From an uncultured Candidatus Saccharibacteria bacterium (GTDB lineage: Bacteria; Patescibacteriota; CPR2; UBA1875; CAIMLA01), in assembly GCA_964641375.1 (NCBI GenBank), contig CAZXMN010000001.1, positions 2,185 through 66,184 on the forward strand: a DNA stretch of 64,000 nucleotides, given 5' to 3'. The notes beneath the pieces were generated by a model, which was not told where the DNA came from, did no database searches, and was given only the letters and a program-made list of their open reading frames with translations. Positions 28,670 through 38,486 of this stretch are shown piece by piece (positions within the stretch are counted from its first letter, which is position 1; each line of letters begins with the position of its first letter). A program made the translations under genes and the position numbers.

Positions 28670-29749
28670 TTGGACATGGTTTGTCCTTATTGCAGCACTG
28701 ATATGGAGCCAATTGAGCTAAACGGTAAAGTTTTTTGCTCAAATTGTGGTCTCACTATAAAAAGCGGCCAACCAACCGAACCTGTTAGACATGCGAGTCA
28801 ACAGTCCGAAAAGGTGGAAGATGTCGCTACAAATGTGCCAGAAGAGGTTCAGTTTCCAGTTGTTCCAGAAGTAGCAGAGACGCTCGAAGCTGAAACAAAA
28901 AGTGTTCCAGATGTGGTTCTACCAAGTGCCGATGAAAACCCTATCGCGACCACACCACAAGAAGAACAGCCTGAACCGATAGAACAATTCAAACCTATTA
29001 CTCAGGCTGCTGAGGAAGAACTTGGACTAACACGTCCAGAAACGGTGGCTGAGCCAGAACAAGAGTCAGTACCGGGGCTAGAATCAAAAATTCCTGACAT
29101 TGCAATACCATCTGAAAGTGATTTTGAAGATACTACAAACCCCGAGTTACCACAGACATCATACCTTGAGCTTAATAATCCAGGAAACGAGAAAGAGGCT
29201 TTAGATGCTAGCAGTATTTTACTTGATATCCTGGCAGAAGAGCCAAAGGAAGCTAAGCCAGCCACCAAGGAACCAAGAAAACTAAAAGTTAACATCCTTA
29301 AAGATAAGCCTGAAAATCCAGTTGAGCACCCAGAGATTGAACCTGCGACAACCATCCCAGAAGAAGTAAAAGATGCGCCAGAGACAATTGACCCAAAAAT
29401 TGAGAAAAAAATAGAAAATCTTGAAAAGAAAATAGAAGATCTACCGGAGCCAGAAGTTGAAGTAAAGCCGGAAGATGCTAACGAATATGATCCCGATACT
29501 CTAGATAAAGCCAAAGCTATCAAGGAATATTTCGATTCCGCAATTAGTGAGACCAGAAACCCACCAAAGAAAAACACAAAAAAGCCCGTTTCCGCCCATT
29601 CGACAAGCTCAGGGTCTTCGAAAAAACCAAAGAAAAAACTTAAAGAACATGGACCACAAGTTATTTTTGCTATTACTTTGGCTATTGTGATTGCTGTCTT
29701 ACTTGGCGGTTTGGCGTATTATATATTTACAACGTTTGTGAGGTTTTGA
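28670..29749 (+). CDS. Hypothetical protein: N-terminal zinc ribbon, acidic Pro/Glu-rich linker, C-terminal TM anchor
   Basis: CPYCS...CSNCG ribbon, about 250 aa low-complexity acidic region, C-terminal hydrophobic helix. Confidence 0.5.
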   Translation: MDMVCPYCSTDMEPIELNGKVFCSNCGLTIKSGQPTEPVRHASQQSEKVEDVATNVPEEVQFPVVPEVAETLEAETKSVPDVVLPSADENPIATTPQEEQPEPIEQFKPITQAAEEELGLTRPETVAEPEQESVPGLESKIPDIAIPSESDFEDTTNPELPQTSYLELNNPGNEKEALDASSILLDILAEEPKEAKPATKEPRKLKVNILKDKPENPVEHPEIEPATTIPEEVKDAPETIDPKIEKKIENLEKKIEDLPEPEVEVKPEDANEYDPDTLDKAKAIKEYFDSAISETRNPPKKNTKKPVSAHSTSSGSSKKPKKKLKEHGPQVIFAITLAIVIAVLLGGLAYYIFTTFVRF

Positions 29750-30099
29750 TGAAAGAAGAGCTTTGGGGAGATATACTCGACCGGCTAGAGGAACAATACG
29801 GTGAACTTGAAGTTGAGAAACTTAGCGAGACAAGGGAAGATGATACTGGTCAAAAGCTGACTTCAGAAATTCAAAGGGTCGAGTTCGAAACCAAGATGGG
29901 TAAAATGCGAGTAGAACTAGTAAAGGCCCCTCTTATTTTGGATAAAAAAACACATTATACTCATACTGCTGGCGCTAGAGCCAATGTCGAATATGTACTT
30001 TCCGATACAGAAACAACTACAAAAGTCCGTGCATTTCGCTACGACGAAGATATGCATGAGTGGATTGAGATTAATAGTAATGCAGGCTTTTTAGCCTAG
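29746..30099 (+). CDS. Hypothetical protein
   Basis: 117 aa ORF translationally coupled to the upstream gene. No recognisable domain. Confidence 0.4.
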   Translation: MMKEELWGDILDRLEEQYGELEVEKLSETREDDTGQKLTSEIQRVEFETKMGKMRVELVKAPLILDKKTHYTHTAGARANVEYVLSDTETTTKVRAFRYDEDMHEWIEINSNAGFLA

Positions 30100-30109
30100 A
30101 TAGGAACAA

Positions 30110-30811
30110 ATGGGAACAAAAAACCCAGATCAACGAGTCGGAATATTTATAGATGTTCAGAACTTATATTACTCAGCTCGTGCACTATATGGCACAAAGG
30201 TAAACTTTGGAGAAATAGTTAGAACTGCCACAGCTGGTCGTAAACTCGTGCGTGCGATTGCTTATGCTGTGAAGGCTGAAATGCCCGAAGAACAAAGTTT
30301 TTTCGATGCTCTGGAAAAGGCAGGATTAGAAGTAAAGACAAAAGATTTACAGACGTTTGTCAGCGGCCAGAAGAAAGCCGACTGGGATGTCGGGATTGCC
30401 GTCGATATTTTGAATATGGCACCGAAACTTGATGCCGTTGTTCTTTGTTCAGGTGATGGTGACTTTCAAATCCTGATGCATCAGGCCAAGACAGAGGGTT
30501 GTCGGGCTGAGGTTATGTCTTTTGGCAGATCAACGTCCGCAAAACTGATTGAAGAATCTGACGACTTTACGGATTTGGATGCTGAACCAGAAAAATACTT
30601 ACTGAATTACCACAAGCCACAGACACCGGCTTCAACAACAGTTCCAGAAAAAACGGTCCCCCAAGCTACGCCTGCGAAGGTCTCGCCTTCAAAAGTTACG
30701 GCGAATGTGCCACGTTCGGTCGGCAGTTTAGAGGGTGAAATTATTAATGCCATAAATAAAACCCCAGACTCGACGTCCAAGAAACCAAGAAGATTTTTCG
30801 GCAAAAGTTAG
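30110..30811 (+). CDS. NYN-domain (LabA-like) predicted ribonuclease
   Basis: RVGIFIDVQNLYYSA and LCSGDGDF motifs of the NYN/LabA family. Confidence 0.7.
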   Translation: MGTKNPDQRVGIFIDVQNLYYSARALYGTKVNFGEIVRTATAGRKLVRAIAYAVKAEMPEEQSFFDALEKAGLEVKTKDLQTFVSGQKKADWDVGIAVDILNMAPKLDAVVLCSGDGDFQILMHQAKTEGCRAEVMSFGRSTSAKLIEESDDFTDLDAEPEKYLLNYHKPQTPASTTVPEKTVPQATPAKVSPSKVTANVPRSVGSLEGEIINAINKTPDSTSKKPRRFFGKS

Positions 30812-30842
30812 TTTTTGCCTCTATCTGTGCTAAAATATTCCT

Positions 30843-32273
30843 ATGAAATACAAAACACGTTTTGCTCCAAGTCCAACTGGGATGCTACATATCGGTGGCG
30901 TCCGTACCGCACTTTTTGATTATCTGGCGGCCAAATCAACGAACGGTGTTTTTAGTTTGCGCATTGAAGATACTGACAGAGAACGTTTTGTTGAGGGCGC
31001 CGTTGGTGCTATTCACGAAGGACTTGATTGGCTCGGGATAAAACATGACGGAGAAGTAGTTTATCAATCCGAGCGACTGCCAATTTATCAAGAATATGCT
31101 CATAAACTTTTAGAGAACGGCTTGGCTTATAGGTGTTACTGCACTACTGAGAGACTCGCCGAACTGAAAGAGAAGCAAGAAGCCGCACACAAACCACCGG
31201 TTTATGATAGATGTTGCCTTGGACTATCTACAGAAGATGTTGCTGCCAAGGAGAAGGCCGGGGAAAGTTTTGTCATCCGTTTTCGCATCCCAGGAAGTGT
31301 AAGCGGAAAATCAACGAAAGTCAGCTGGAAAGATAGGGTTAGGGGCGAGATAACAATAGATTCTGATACGCTCGAAGATTTTATTATTATCAAATCTGAT
31401 GGTTGGCCAACCTATAATTTTGCCAACGTTATTGACGATCACGAACAAGGATTCAACCTGATTGTCCGTGGTGATGAATTTGTGCCATCCACGCCAAAAC
31501 ACATTTTGTTGTACCAAGCTCTCGGTTGGGAACCGCCAGAATTTGCACATGTACCGGTTATAGTCGGAACGGATATGAAAAAACTTAGTAAGCGTAATGG
31601 AGACACTGCTATTTCAGATTACAAGGCAAAAGGGTATCTACCTGAGGCTATGATCAATTTCCTGGTTCTCCTGGGCTGGAATCCAGGGACAGAAGAAGAA
31701 ATATTCTCACTTGGTGAGCTTGAAAAAGCCTTTTCTGTAGAAAGGATAGGGAAGTCGCCATCAGTTTTTGACCCCGAAAGACTCGACTGGATGAATGGGA
31801 TATATATTCGAAAACTATCTGTCAGTGAACTTGCAGATAGACTGATTGATTTTGACAAAGGCTCAGCCAGCGTAGACCGAGCATTCCTTGAGAAAGTGCT
31901 GACCGTAGAACAAAATAGACTGAAGACCCTTGCAGAATTCGGCGAAATAGCTGCCTTCTACTGGAAGTTACCCAGTTATTATAAAGATATACTCATATTC
32001 AAGAAAAGCTCACCAGAGGCCACCCAAAAGGGTCTAGAGGCATTTCTGGCAGCAGTTTCTGCTTTTACGGAAAAAAGTTGGCAAGAAAAGACAGTAGATG
32101 ACTGGAATACACTTCTTAGTGAAATAGTTGAAAAAAATAATCTAAATAACGCTGATGTTTTCTGGCCTGTACGTGTTGCACTTTCGGGCCTGGAAAAATC
32201 AGCCAGCCCGGCAGAATTACTATGGGTGCTTGGCCAAAAAGAATCAATAGATAGGATACATAAGGCAATATAA
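30843..32273 (+). CDS. gltX: Glutamyl-tRNA synthetase
   Basis: HIGH region PSPTGMLHIGGVRTALF and KLSKRNGD (KMSKS) motif. 476 aa. Confidence 0.92.
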   Translation: MKYKTRFAPSPTGMLHIGGVRTALFDYLAAKSTNGVFSLRIEDTDRERFVEGAVGAIHEGLDWLGIKHDGEVVYQSERLPIYQEYAHKLLENGLAYRCYCTTERLAELKEKQEAAHKPPVYDRCCLGLSTEDVAAKEKAGESFVIRFRIPGSVSGKSTKVSWKDRVRGEITIDSDTLEDFIIIKSDGWPTYNFANVIDDHEQGFNLIVRGDEFVPSTPKHILLYQALGWEPPEFAHVPVIVGTDMKKLSKRNGDTAISDYKAKGYLPEAMINFLVLLGWNPGTEEEIFSLGELEKAFSVERIGKSPSVFDPERLDWMNGIYIRKLSVSELADRLIDFDKGSASVDRAFLEKVLTVEQNRLKTLAEFGEIAAFYWKLPSYYKDILIFKKSSPEATQKGLEAFLAAVSAFTEKSWQEKTVDDWNTLLSEIVEKNNLNNADVFWPVRVALSGLEKSASPAELLWVLGQKESIDRIHKAI

Positions 32274-32698
32274 TGGAAGAAACAAAGATACTGATGTCTA
32301 TCCGAGCTATTATTCGCAAAGGTAATGATATTCTACTTGTGCAAAGAGCTGAAAATGATTCATTTGAACCAAACACCTGGGAGTTCCCTGGCGGCAAAGT
32401 AGACCCTGGGGAAGATCTCAACGAGTCACTTTACCGTGAAATCCATGAAGAGACGGGCCTAATGATCACAATTCTTGAGCCTTTATTCTATTGGGACGAG
32501 AAAAGTATCAAAGAAAAATATGCCGACTTCAGACATGTTTCACTATACTTTGAGTGTTCTGTCCCCATCAACGCAAAAGTAAAAACAAGTTTTGAGCATG
32601 ATCATTTTGTTTGGCAAAGCCTTGCAGAAATTTTTACTAGAGAAGACCTCTCATCTTCAACCAAAGAAGCAATGTCCAAACTCAAGAATTCAATTTAA
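32273..32698 (+). CDS. NUDIX hydrolase
   Basis: Nudix box GGKVDPGEDLNESLYREIHEETGL. Confidence 0.85.
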   Translation: MEETKILMSIRAIIRKGNDILLVQRAENDSFEPNTWEFPGGKVDPGEDLNESLYREIHEETGLMITILEPLFYWDEKSIKEKYADFRHVSLYFECSVPINAKVKTSFEHDHFVWQSLAEIFTREDLSSSTKEAMSKLKNSI

Positions 32699-32793
32699 TT
32701 CACACATCGGTGCTATAATATTAGTAGAGAAACTTCAATATCCAAACATTATTTATCTGGGTTAATTAATGCGGAGTGGAGAAAGGAGTTCAA

Positions 32794-33348
32794 ATGGATG
32801 CTAAAAAAACGTCCGGTGCATCACTCATGACTGATGGTGTAATTAGTTTTCTTGCCGGTATTGCTCTATTGTTTTTGACGGGTATTTCGCAGAGCGCGAT
32901 AGTACTTGTTTTCGCAGCTTATGCAGTAGTACTGGGAATTACTCAAATGGTAGCCTCGACTGGTGAAAGAGAGGAAGGTAAGGGGACTGGATATCTGACT
33001 CTGCTTGGTCTTTATAGTCTTCTAGCTGGAGTCGGATTATTGTTCTTCCTCGGATCACCACTAACTACTGTTATCGCACTTGTTGGAGCCTACGTGATTA
33101 TTACTGGAATCGCTGAAGCTATAGCTGCCTACGTTTATCGTACAGAAATGGGTGGCTATTCGTGGCTAATCGGTTCTGGAGTAATCAGGGGCATATTCGG
33201 TATTTTCCTGCTTTTCAATACAGGTGTGGCACTATCAACATTCATTCTATATATCGCTATGTATGCCGTTGTGGAAGGAATAGTTACCAGTGTCTTCGGT
33301 TATGAAGTCAGACAACAGTTGGGCAAATACCATCGTCAAATGTTATAA
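32794..33348 (+). CDS. HdeD/DUF308-family membrane protein
   Basis: Repeated short TM hairpins with GxxxIxxG spacing. RBS GAAAGGAG upstream of the ATG at 32794. Confidence 0.5.
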   Translation: MDAKKTSGASLMTDGVISFLAGIALLFLTGISQSAIVLVFAAYAVVLGITQMVASTGEREEGKGTGYLTLLGLYSLLAGVGLLFFLGSPLTTVIALVGAYVIITGIAEAIAAYVYRTEMGGYSWLIGSGVIRGIFGIFLLFNTGVALSTFILYIAMYAVVEGIVTSVFGYEVRQQLGKYHRQML

Positions 33349-33446
33349 GTTATTGTAGTCCGAACGAGAAGAAGAGCCATCTGGCTCTTCTTTTTATTGA
33401 ATTATCGGCAATTTTAGGCTAAAATATACCCCGTACCACATAATAA

Positions 33447-33521
33447 TCGGGAGTGGCCAAGTGGTAAGGCGCTGGTTTCTGGTACCAGTATTCGGGGGTT
33501 CGAATCCCTCCTCCCGAACCA
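33447..33521 (+). tRNA. tRNA-Gln (anticodon CTG)
   Basis: Hand-folded cloverleaf. U1:A72 acceptor TCGGGAG/CTCCCGA, anticodon loop UUCUGGU, T-loop GGTTCGAATCC, encoded CCA. Confidence 0.8.
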
Positions 33522-33531
33522 AAATAACAAT

Positions 33532-33560
33532 CACCTAAATAGTAGGTGGTTTTTATTTTT
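33532..33560 (+). terminator. Terminator after tRNA-Gln
   Basis: CACCTA/TAGGTG stem plus GTTTTTATTTTT. Confidence 0.6.
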
Positions 33561-33581
33561 ATTCTTTGCTATAATCTCCTC

Positions 33582-33926
33582 ATGGGATTTATGAGAGAGG
33601 CGCCAGCGCCGGAAACAACTGAATGGACGATATCCGAGGCCGAAAAGCCTCTGTCCCTCGAACCAATTTCGGCCGAGGCCTTAAACCTTGCGAATGAAAT
33701 CCCGGACAAAGACACCCAAAACATCGTACTTCGATACGCTTCTTTATATCTAAATACGCTTTTACATAAAGTAAATGAGGCCGAACAGTATGAATTGCGT
33801 CGACTTGAAGATGTCGAAATGCCTGAAATTGAAGAAGGTGATCCTAGGTTAGTTGAAACGATTAGAAAAATTGAAAAAGTACTGTGCAAGCAAGAAGCAG
33901 AAATAAGACAAGATCAAGCTGCATAA
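33582..33926 (+). CDS. Hypothetical acidic protein (possibly leaderless)
   Basis: ATG lies 6 nt after a TATAAT box (33570-33575) with no RBS. 114 aa. Confidence 0.4.
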   Translation: MGFMREAPAPETTEWTISEAEKPLSLEPISAEALNLANEIPDKDTQNIVLRYASLYLNTLLHKVNEAEQYELRRLEDVEMPEIEEGDPRLVETIRKIEKVLCKQEAEIRQDQAA

Positions 33927-33953
33927 AAAAAGAGCCTCGAAAGGCTCTTTTTT
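33925..33953. terminator. Bidirectional terminator between convergent genes
   Basis: AGAGCC/GGCTCT stem flanked by an A-run and a T-run. Confidence 0.75.
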
Positions 33954-33966
33954 AATAACAAACTCT

Positions 33967-35091
33967 TTAGGCTCGTTGTGCTTTTAGAAAATCGAAACTC
34001 ATAGTAACGAGTGTGCCAAAAACAATAAGGAAGAGCACAAAGACTGCAAGCCAACCGATTATGGGAATGAATTTAAGAAGTGCAACTATTAGTACTCCGA
34101 CGAAGGCTGTTTTCCAATTGACTAATAGTTCTTTATCCTTAGCAGCAAATTTCCAAGTGTAAGAACCAGCCAATATCGCCGATATAGTACCTGCAAGAGC
34201 AATCAAAGCGACATATACGACAAGCAAATAGCCCATAATCCCAAGACCGAAGAAAGTGATAGCAAATAAGAACATTACTATCGGTGCAACAATAAACGCA
34301 AGGAGGCCAATACCTATCTTGGACCAAGGTTTTACCACGGCATTATTCACGACATTCTTTGTGAACTTCGGTGCAAGTAGAATAAAGGCCATAATCGTAA
34401 CAAACGCAATCAATAAGCCAAATATAACACTGCCAAGATTTGGTACTAAGCTACTTAATGTGTTATTGGCTGCAACTTTGTTGTATACTGTCTTGCCGCC
34501 GATTTTGGCGCTGGAAGATATTGTTCCTTCGTTTTGTGAGGAATATTCTAACTCGCCAGTTACAGCTGCATCAGATGTAACTACAAGTGTACCAACTCTG
34601 TTGAAAGTGACATCACCCGAAACTGAACCACCCAGGTTTACGCTTCCAATGTAGCCATCTTTGATACTACCAAGAACGCTCCCTTTGAAGTCCACAGTAC
34701 CACCGAAAACTAGAACGTCGCCATCAATGATAGATTTGGTACCGAAGACAACATTGCCACCGAAGACCACCACATCTCCACCGACTTCACCATTTATGTT
34801 GACGTTACCGCCCGCGACACGTAGGCTGCCGCTCACTTTTCCGTTAAAATTAAGCGTACTCCCGGCAACAAGTACTCCACCTGATACATCACCGTCGACC
34901 GTGACTGTACTGCCTGCCGCCACGAGATCACCGGTGACATTAGCCTCTACGGTTGGATTTTGACCTGCTAGATACAGGTTTTTAACTGTTTCGTTTTTGC
35001 CAACAGTTTCAACATTCCGAAGATCGGCTGCAAACCCTGTGGCAGGTAGAAGGAATAAAAACATTGTCATAAGCATGACAAACTTTTTCAT
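33967..35091 (-). CDS. Secreted/membrane protein with bactofilin-like beta-helical Gly-rich repeats and C-terminal polytopic TM domain
   Basis: Signal peptide, tandem GDVxVxGGxVxFxG-type repeats, then about 6 TM helices. Confidence 0.5.
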   Translation of the reverse strand: MKKFVMLMTMFLFLLPATGFAADLRNVETVGKNETVKNLYLAGQNPTVEANVTGDLVAAGSTVTVDGDVSGGVLVAGSTLNFNGKVSGSLRVAGGNVNINGEVGGDVVVFGGNVVFGTKSIIDGDVLVFGGTVDFKGSVLGSIKDGYIGSVNLGGSVSGDVTFNRVGTLVVTSDAAVTGELEYSSQNEGTISSSAKIGGKTVYNKVAANNTLSSLVPNLGSVIFGLLIAFVTIMAFILLAPKFTKNVVNNAVVKPWSKIGIGLLAFIVAPIVMFLFAITFFGLGIMGYLLVVYVALIALAGTISAILAGSYTWKFAAKDKELLVNWKTAFVGVLIVALLKFIPIIGWLAVFVLFLIVFGTLVTMSFDFLKAQRA

Positions 35092-35160
35092 TTTTTCCCT
35101 TTCGTTAACTATTAATACTACGTATTATTATACAACAGTTGTGTTAGAATATAGCAAGAA

Positions 35161-36645
35161 ATGACAATAAAAAAGCATTATCTTTCAAAATCAGATTTTC
35201 TGAAATACCAGACGTGTCCTGGTTATCTTTGGTTATGGAAAAACAAAAGGGAAGTCGTTCCAGAAGAAATGACTGAGGACGTCGAACGCAGGATTGAGCA
35301 GGGCATTGAAGTTGAAAGTTATGCCAGGAAATTGTTTCCTACCGGAGTTCTTGTCGAGAAAAGACTAGAAGAGGCCAGGATGGAAACGGAGAGATTGGTC
35401 CAAGCTGGCAATGAGATAATTTTTCAAGCCACTGTCATTACCGAACATGGTCTGCTTGCTATGGCAGATGTATTAGCAAAAGAAAATGACAAATGGACCA
35501 TTTATGAAGTAAAATCAACCACAGATATAAAGAAAGAACATATCATTGACTCCGCTTTTCAAAAAGTCGCATTTAGTCAAGCCGGCTATGACATCACTGA
35601 TGTAAACATAATTTATTTAAATAAGGATTACAGACTCCACGGCAAAGTTGATCCAAAAGGTCTTTTTATTACTAAGTCTGTGAATGACAAGATTTCTGAA
35701 ATATATGGTGACATAGAAGCAATGACCGAAGATGCTATAGCCTATATTCATAAAGCCGATGAACCAAAAACTTGCAGTTGTCGGACGAAGACCAAGTCAA
35801 ATCATTGCCCAACTTTCAAATATTTTAATCCCGATATCCCTGAATACTCTATATATAATCTCACGCGCGTTAGCTCAAAAAAAGTAAATACATTAGTAGA
35901 TATGGAAATTTATGAAATTCCTGATATCCCTGATGATTTCGACCTCTCTGAGGCCCAAAGAAATCAGGTTACAGCAGCCAAGATTGGGCAACCGATTATA
36001 GATAGTGACGAAATCAGAAAAATTCTGAACTCTCTCAAATTCCCTTTATATTTTCTCGATTATGAAACGGTTAGCACTGCCGTTCCACTTTTTGAAGGCA
36101 CGTGGCCGTACCAACAAGTGCCTTTTCAATATTCGCTGCATATCTTACGTGAGCCAAATGGAGAACTAGAACATTATGAGCATTTGTCTCAAAAGAAAGA
36201 TGGACACCCGATCCCCAGTTTACTGGCGCAGATGAGAGAAGATATCGGCCCGATTGGTAGCGTTATTGTCTGGAATAAAGGTTTTGAAATGGGCAGAAAT
36301 AAGGAAATGGCAAAGAGTTATCCGGAATATTCTGACTTTTTGCTGGAAGTAAACGAACGGGTTTTTGATTTGATGGAAATATTCTCGAAGCAACATCATG
36401 TCCACCCGGATTTTCATGGTAGTAACTCCATTAAATATGTTCTACCGGTACTGGCACCTGATCTGAGTTACAAATTAATGAACATTCCAAATGGCGGGAT
36501 TGCCACTTTGCGTTGGTACGAGAGTATAGCCAAAGATATGACAGAGACAGAACGTTCAAAGATCTACGCCGATTTGCTAAAATACTGTGAACTTGATACA
36601 CTCGCAATGTACAGAATATATGAACATTTAATGGGGATAATATAA
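35161..36645 (+). CDS. DUF2779-like predicted nuclease (RecB/Cas4-like N-terminus plus DEDD-like exonuclease region)
   Basis: N-terminal YQTCPGYLWL motif. Internal FLDYETVS (DxE) exonuclease-like motif. Confidence 0.45.
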   Translation: MTIKKHYLSKSDFLKYQTCPGYLWLWKNKREVVPEEMTEDVERRIEQGIEVESYARKLFPTGVLVEKRLEEARMETERLVQAGNEIIFQATVITEHGLLAMADVLAKENDKWTIYEVKSTTDIKKEHIIDSAFQKVAFSQAGYDITDVNIIYLNKDYRLHGKVDPKGLFITKSVNDKISEIYGDIEAMTEDAIAYIHKADEPKTCSCRTKTKSNHCPTFKYFNPDIPEYSIYNLTRVSSKKVNTLVDMEIYEIPDIPDDFDLSEAQRNQVTAAKIGQPIIDSDEIRKILNSLKFPLYFLDYETVSTAVPLFEGTWPYQQVPFQYSLHILREPNGELEHYEHLSQKKDGHPIPSLLAQMREDIGPIGSVIVWNKGFEMGRNKEMAKSYPEYSDFLLEVNERVFDLMEIFSKQHHVHPDFHGSNSIKYVLPVLAPDLSYKLMNIPNGGIATLRWYESIAKDMTETERSKIYADLLKYCELDTLAMYRIYEHLMGII

Positions 36646-36860
36646 TGAACGAACTTCACACAATCGTTTCAATGACATTTCTGGGGTTACCTCTGGTAGC
36701 TTGGGGTGGGATAACAACCTTAACCTTACTAGTCTTACAAATGCTGGTCGGTCTACGTGTGATAAAAGTTGATTTCAAGTACCATACGTACCTTGCTTGG
36801 ACACTCTTTGCGGTGGCAATCATTCATGCTACGGCCGCTTTAATATTCATCTTCGGCTAA
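36645..36860 (+). CDS. Small membrane protein
   Basis: 71 aa, two hydrophobic helices, coupled to the upstream gene. Confidence 0.4.
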   Translation: MNELHTIVSMTFLGLPLVAWGGITTLTLLVLQMLVGLRVIKVDFKYHTYLAWTLFAVAIIHATAALIFIFG

Positions 36861-36861
36861 A

Positions 36862-38235
36862 ATGACAAATAAACATTATTATTTTATCGGTATAGGTGGC
36901 ATTGGTATGAGCGGGCTCGCAAGGATTTTGCTAGAGCGCGGCTACAAGGTTAGCGGTTCTGATCCAGCCATTAATAAACAAACAGAGGATTTAGCCGCTG
37001 CTGGTGCAACCATACACCACGAACAAACTGGAGCAAATATTCGTGGGGTGATTGATACTGTGGTTGTTACCTCAGCTATTCGAGAAAACAATCCCGAGCT
37101 GATTGCTGCGAGACAACAAAAACTAACTATTGTCCCGCGCTCGGTACTTCTAAATGAAATACTTATTGAACAAAAACCTATCGCGGTCACGGGTACTCAT
37201 GGGAAAACTACGACCTCGAGTATGCTTGCACTTGCATTAGATGAAGCCGGCATGGATCCTACGGCTGTCATCGGTGCCGAGGTTCATAGCATCTCCGGTA
37301 ATGCCAAACAAGGCAAAGGAGAATATTCTGTGGCGGAAGTTTGTGAGTATGAAAGAGCTTTTCTAGATATATATCCTTTTGGAGCCATCATCACGAATAT
37401 CGAAGCCGACCATCTAGATTGCTACAAAGATATCGACGACATTGTCGATGCTTTTACAGAATTTGTCACACATTTGCCCAAAGATGGTTTCCTCGTTTAT
37501 CAAGGCGAGGATGAGAATTGTCGCAAAGTGGCAGACACATACACGGGTCGCAAATTCTCATACGGTTTTTCTGATAATAATGATTACGTTGCAAGAGACA
37601 TAAACGTTCCTGATCACATTTCTACATTCACAGTACATAAAGACGGTAATCAAATCGCTGACTGTACACTTAGTATCCCTGGTAAACACAATATCTTAAA
37701 TGCCCTCGCCGTTATTGCAACCGCAGATATCATTGGTGCCGACCTTGATGCCATTATTCTGGCTCTCAGTAAGTTTACAGGGGCCGACAGACGTTTTCAG
37801 ATCAAAGCGAAAATAGATGGAATAACAATTATCGACGATTATGCACATCACCCGACAGAAATTGCAGCCACTCTGAACGGAGCTCGACAATTCTATTCTA
37901 AGAATCGAATTATAGTTGTATTCCAGCCACATCAACATAGTCGTACACGACTACTTCTAGAGGAGTTCTCTCGGGCATTTGTGAATGCTGATATCGTTTA
38001 TATACCTGAAATTTACGCTGTTCGTGATACCGAGGAAGACATTAGATCCGTTTCTTCCAAGGATCTGGTTAAGCTAATAACAACTAGAGGTCAGAATGCA
38101 AAATACTTCCCAGACTTCGATTCTTGCCTTTCCGAACTGATAAAAACAGTTCGTCCTGGAGACGTTGTTATTACTATTGGCGCTGGACCTGTATATAAAA
38201 TAGGCGAAGAGTTATCCACTCGTTATCCACACTAG
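36862..38235 (+). CDS. murC: UDP-N-acetylmuramate--L-alanine ligase
   Basis: YYFIGIGGIGMSGLA N-terminus and Mur ligase GTHGKTTTS P-loop. Confidence 0.92.
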   Translation: MTNKHYYFIGIGGIGMSGLARILLERGYKVSGSDPAINKQTEDLAAAGATIHHEQTGANIRGVIDTVVVTSAIRENNPELIAARQQKLTIVPRSVLLNEILIEQKPIAVTGTHGKTTTSSMLALALDEAGMDPTAVIGAEVHSISGNAKQGKGEYSVAEVCEYERAFLDIYPFGAIITNIEADHLDCYKDIDDIVDAFTEFVTHLPKDGFLVYQGEDENCRKVADTYTGRKFSYGFSDNNDYVARDINVPDHISTFTVHKDGNQIADCTLSIPGKHNILNALAVIATADIIGADLDAIILALSKFTGADRRFQIKAKIDGITIIDDYAHHPTEIAATLNGARQFYSKNRIIVVFQPHQHSRTRLLLEEFSRAFVNADIVYIPEIYAVRDTEEDIRSVSSKDLVKLITTRGQNAKYFPDFDSCLSELIKTVRPGDVVITIGAGPVYKIGEELSTRYPH

Positions 38236-38486
38236 TAGAGTTGACAAAATCATAAAAGAGTTTCATGATACCTGTAAGGTAATGAAACCAACATATATTA
38301 CAATTACAGTAAATAACAAAAACCACATTTAATAATGGGGGAGTCAAATGGCTCTCTCTTTTTTTTTGAAAGGAGATTTGGTGAAGGACAGTGAAATAGC
38401 AAAACTCATAAAGAGTTACCGCCTTGGTCAACTTACGGCCAAAGAGCTAATCGCAATCCTGGAACAAAAGCTCTATAATACTAGCC

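Noticed and set aside
29002-29577. 191 aa Ser/Gly-rich ORF antisense to 28670-29749
   Set aside because: Mirror-image artefact of the acidic low-complexity linker on the sense strand.
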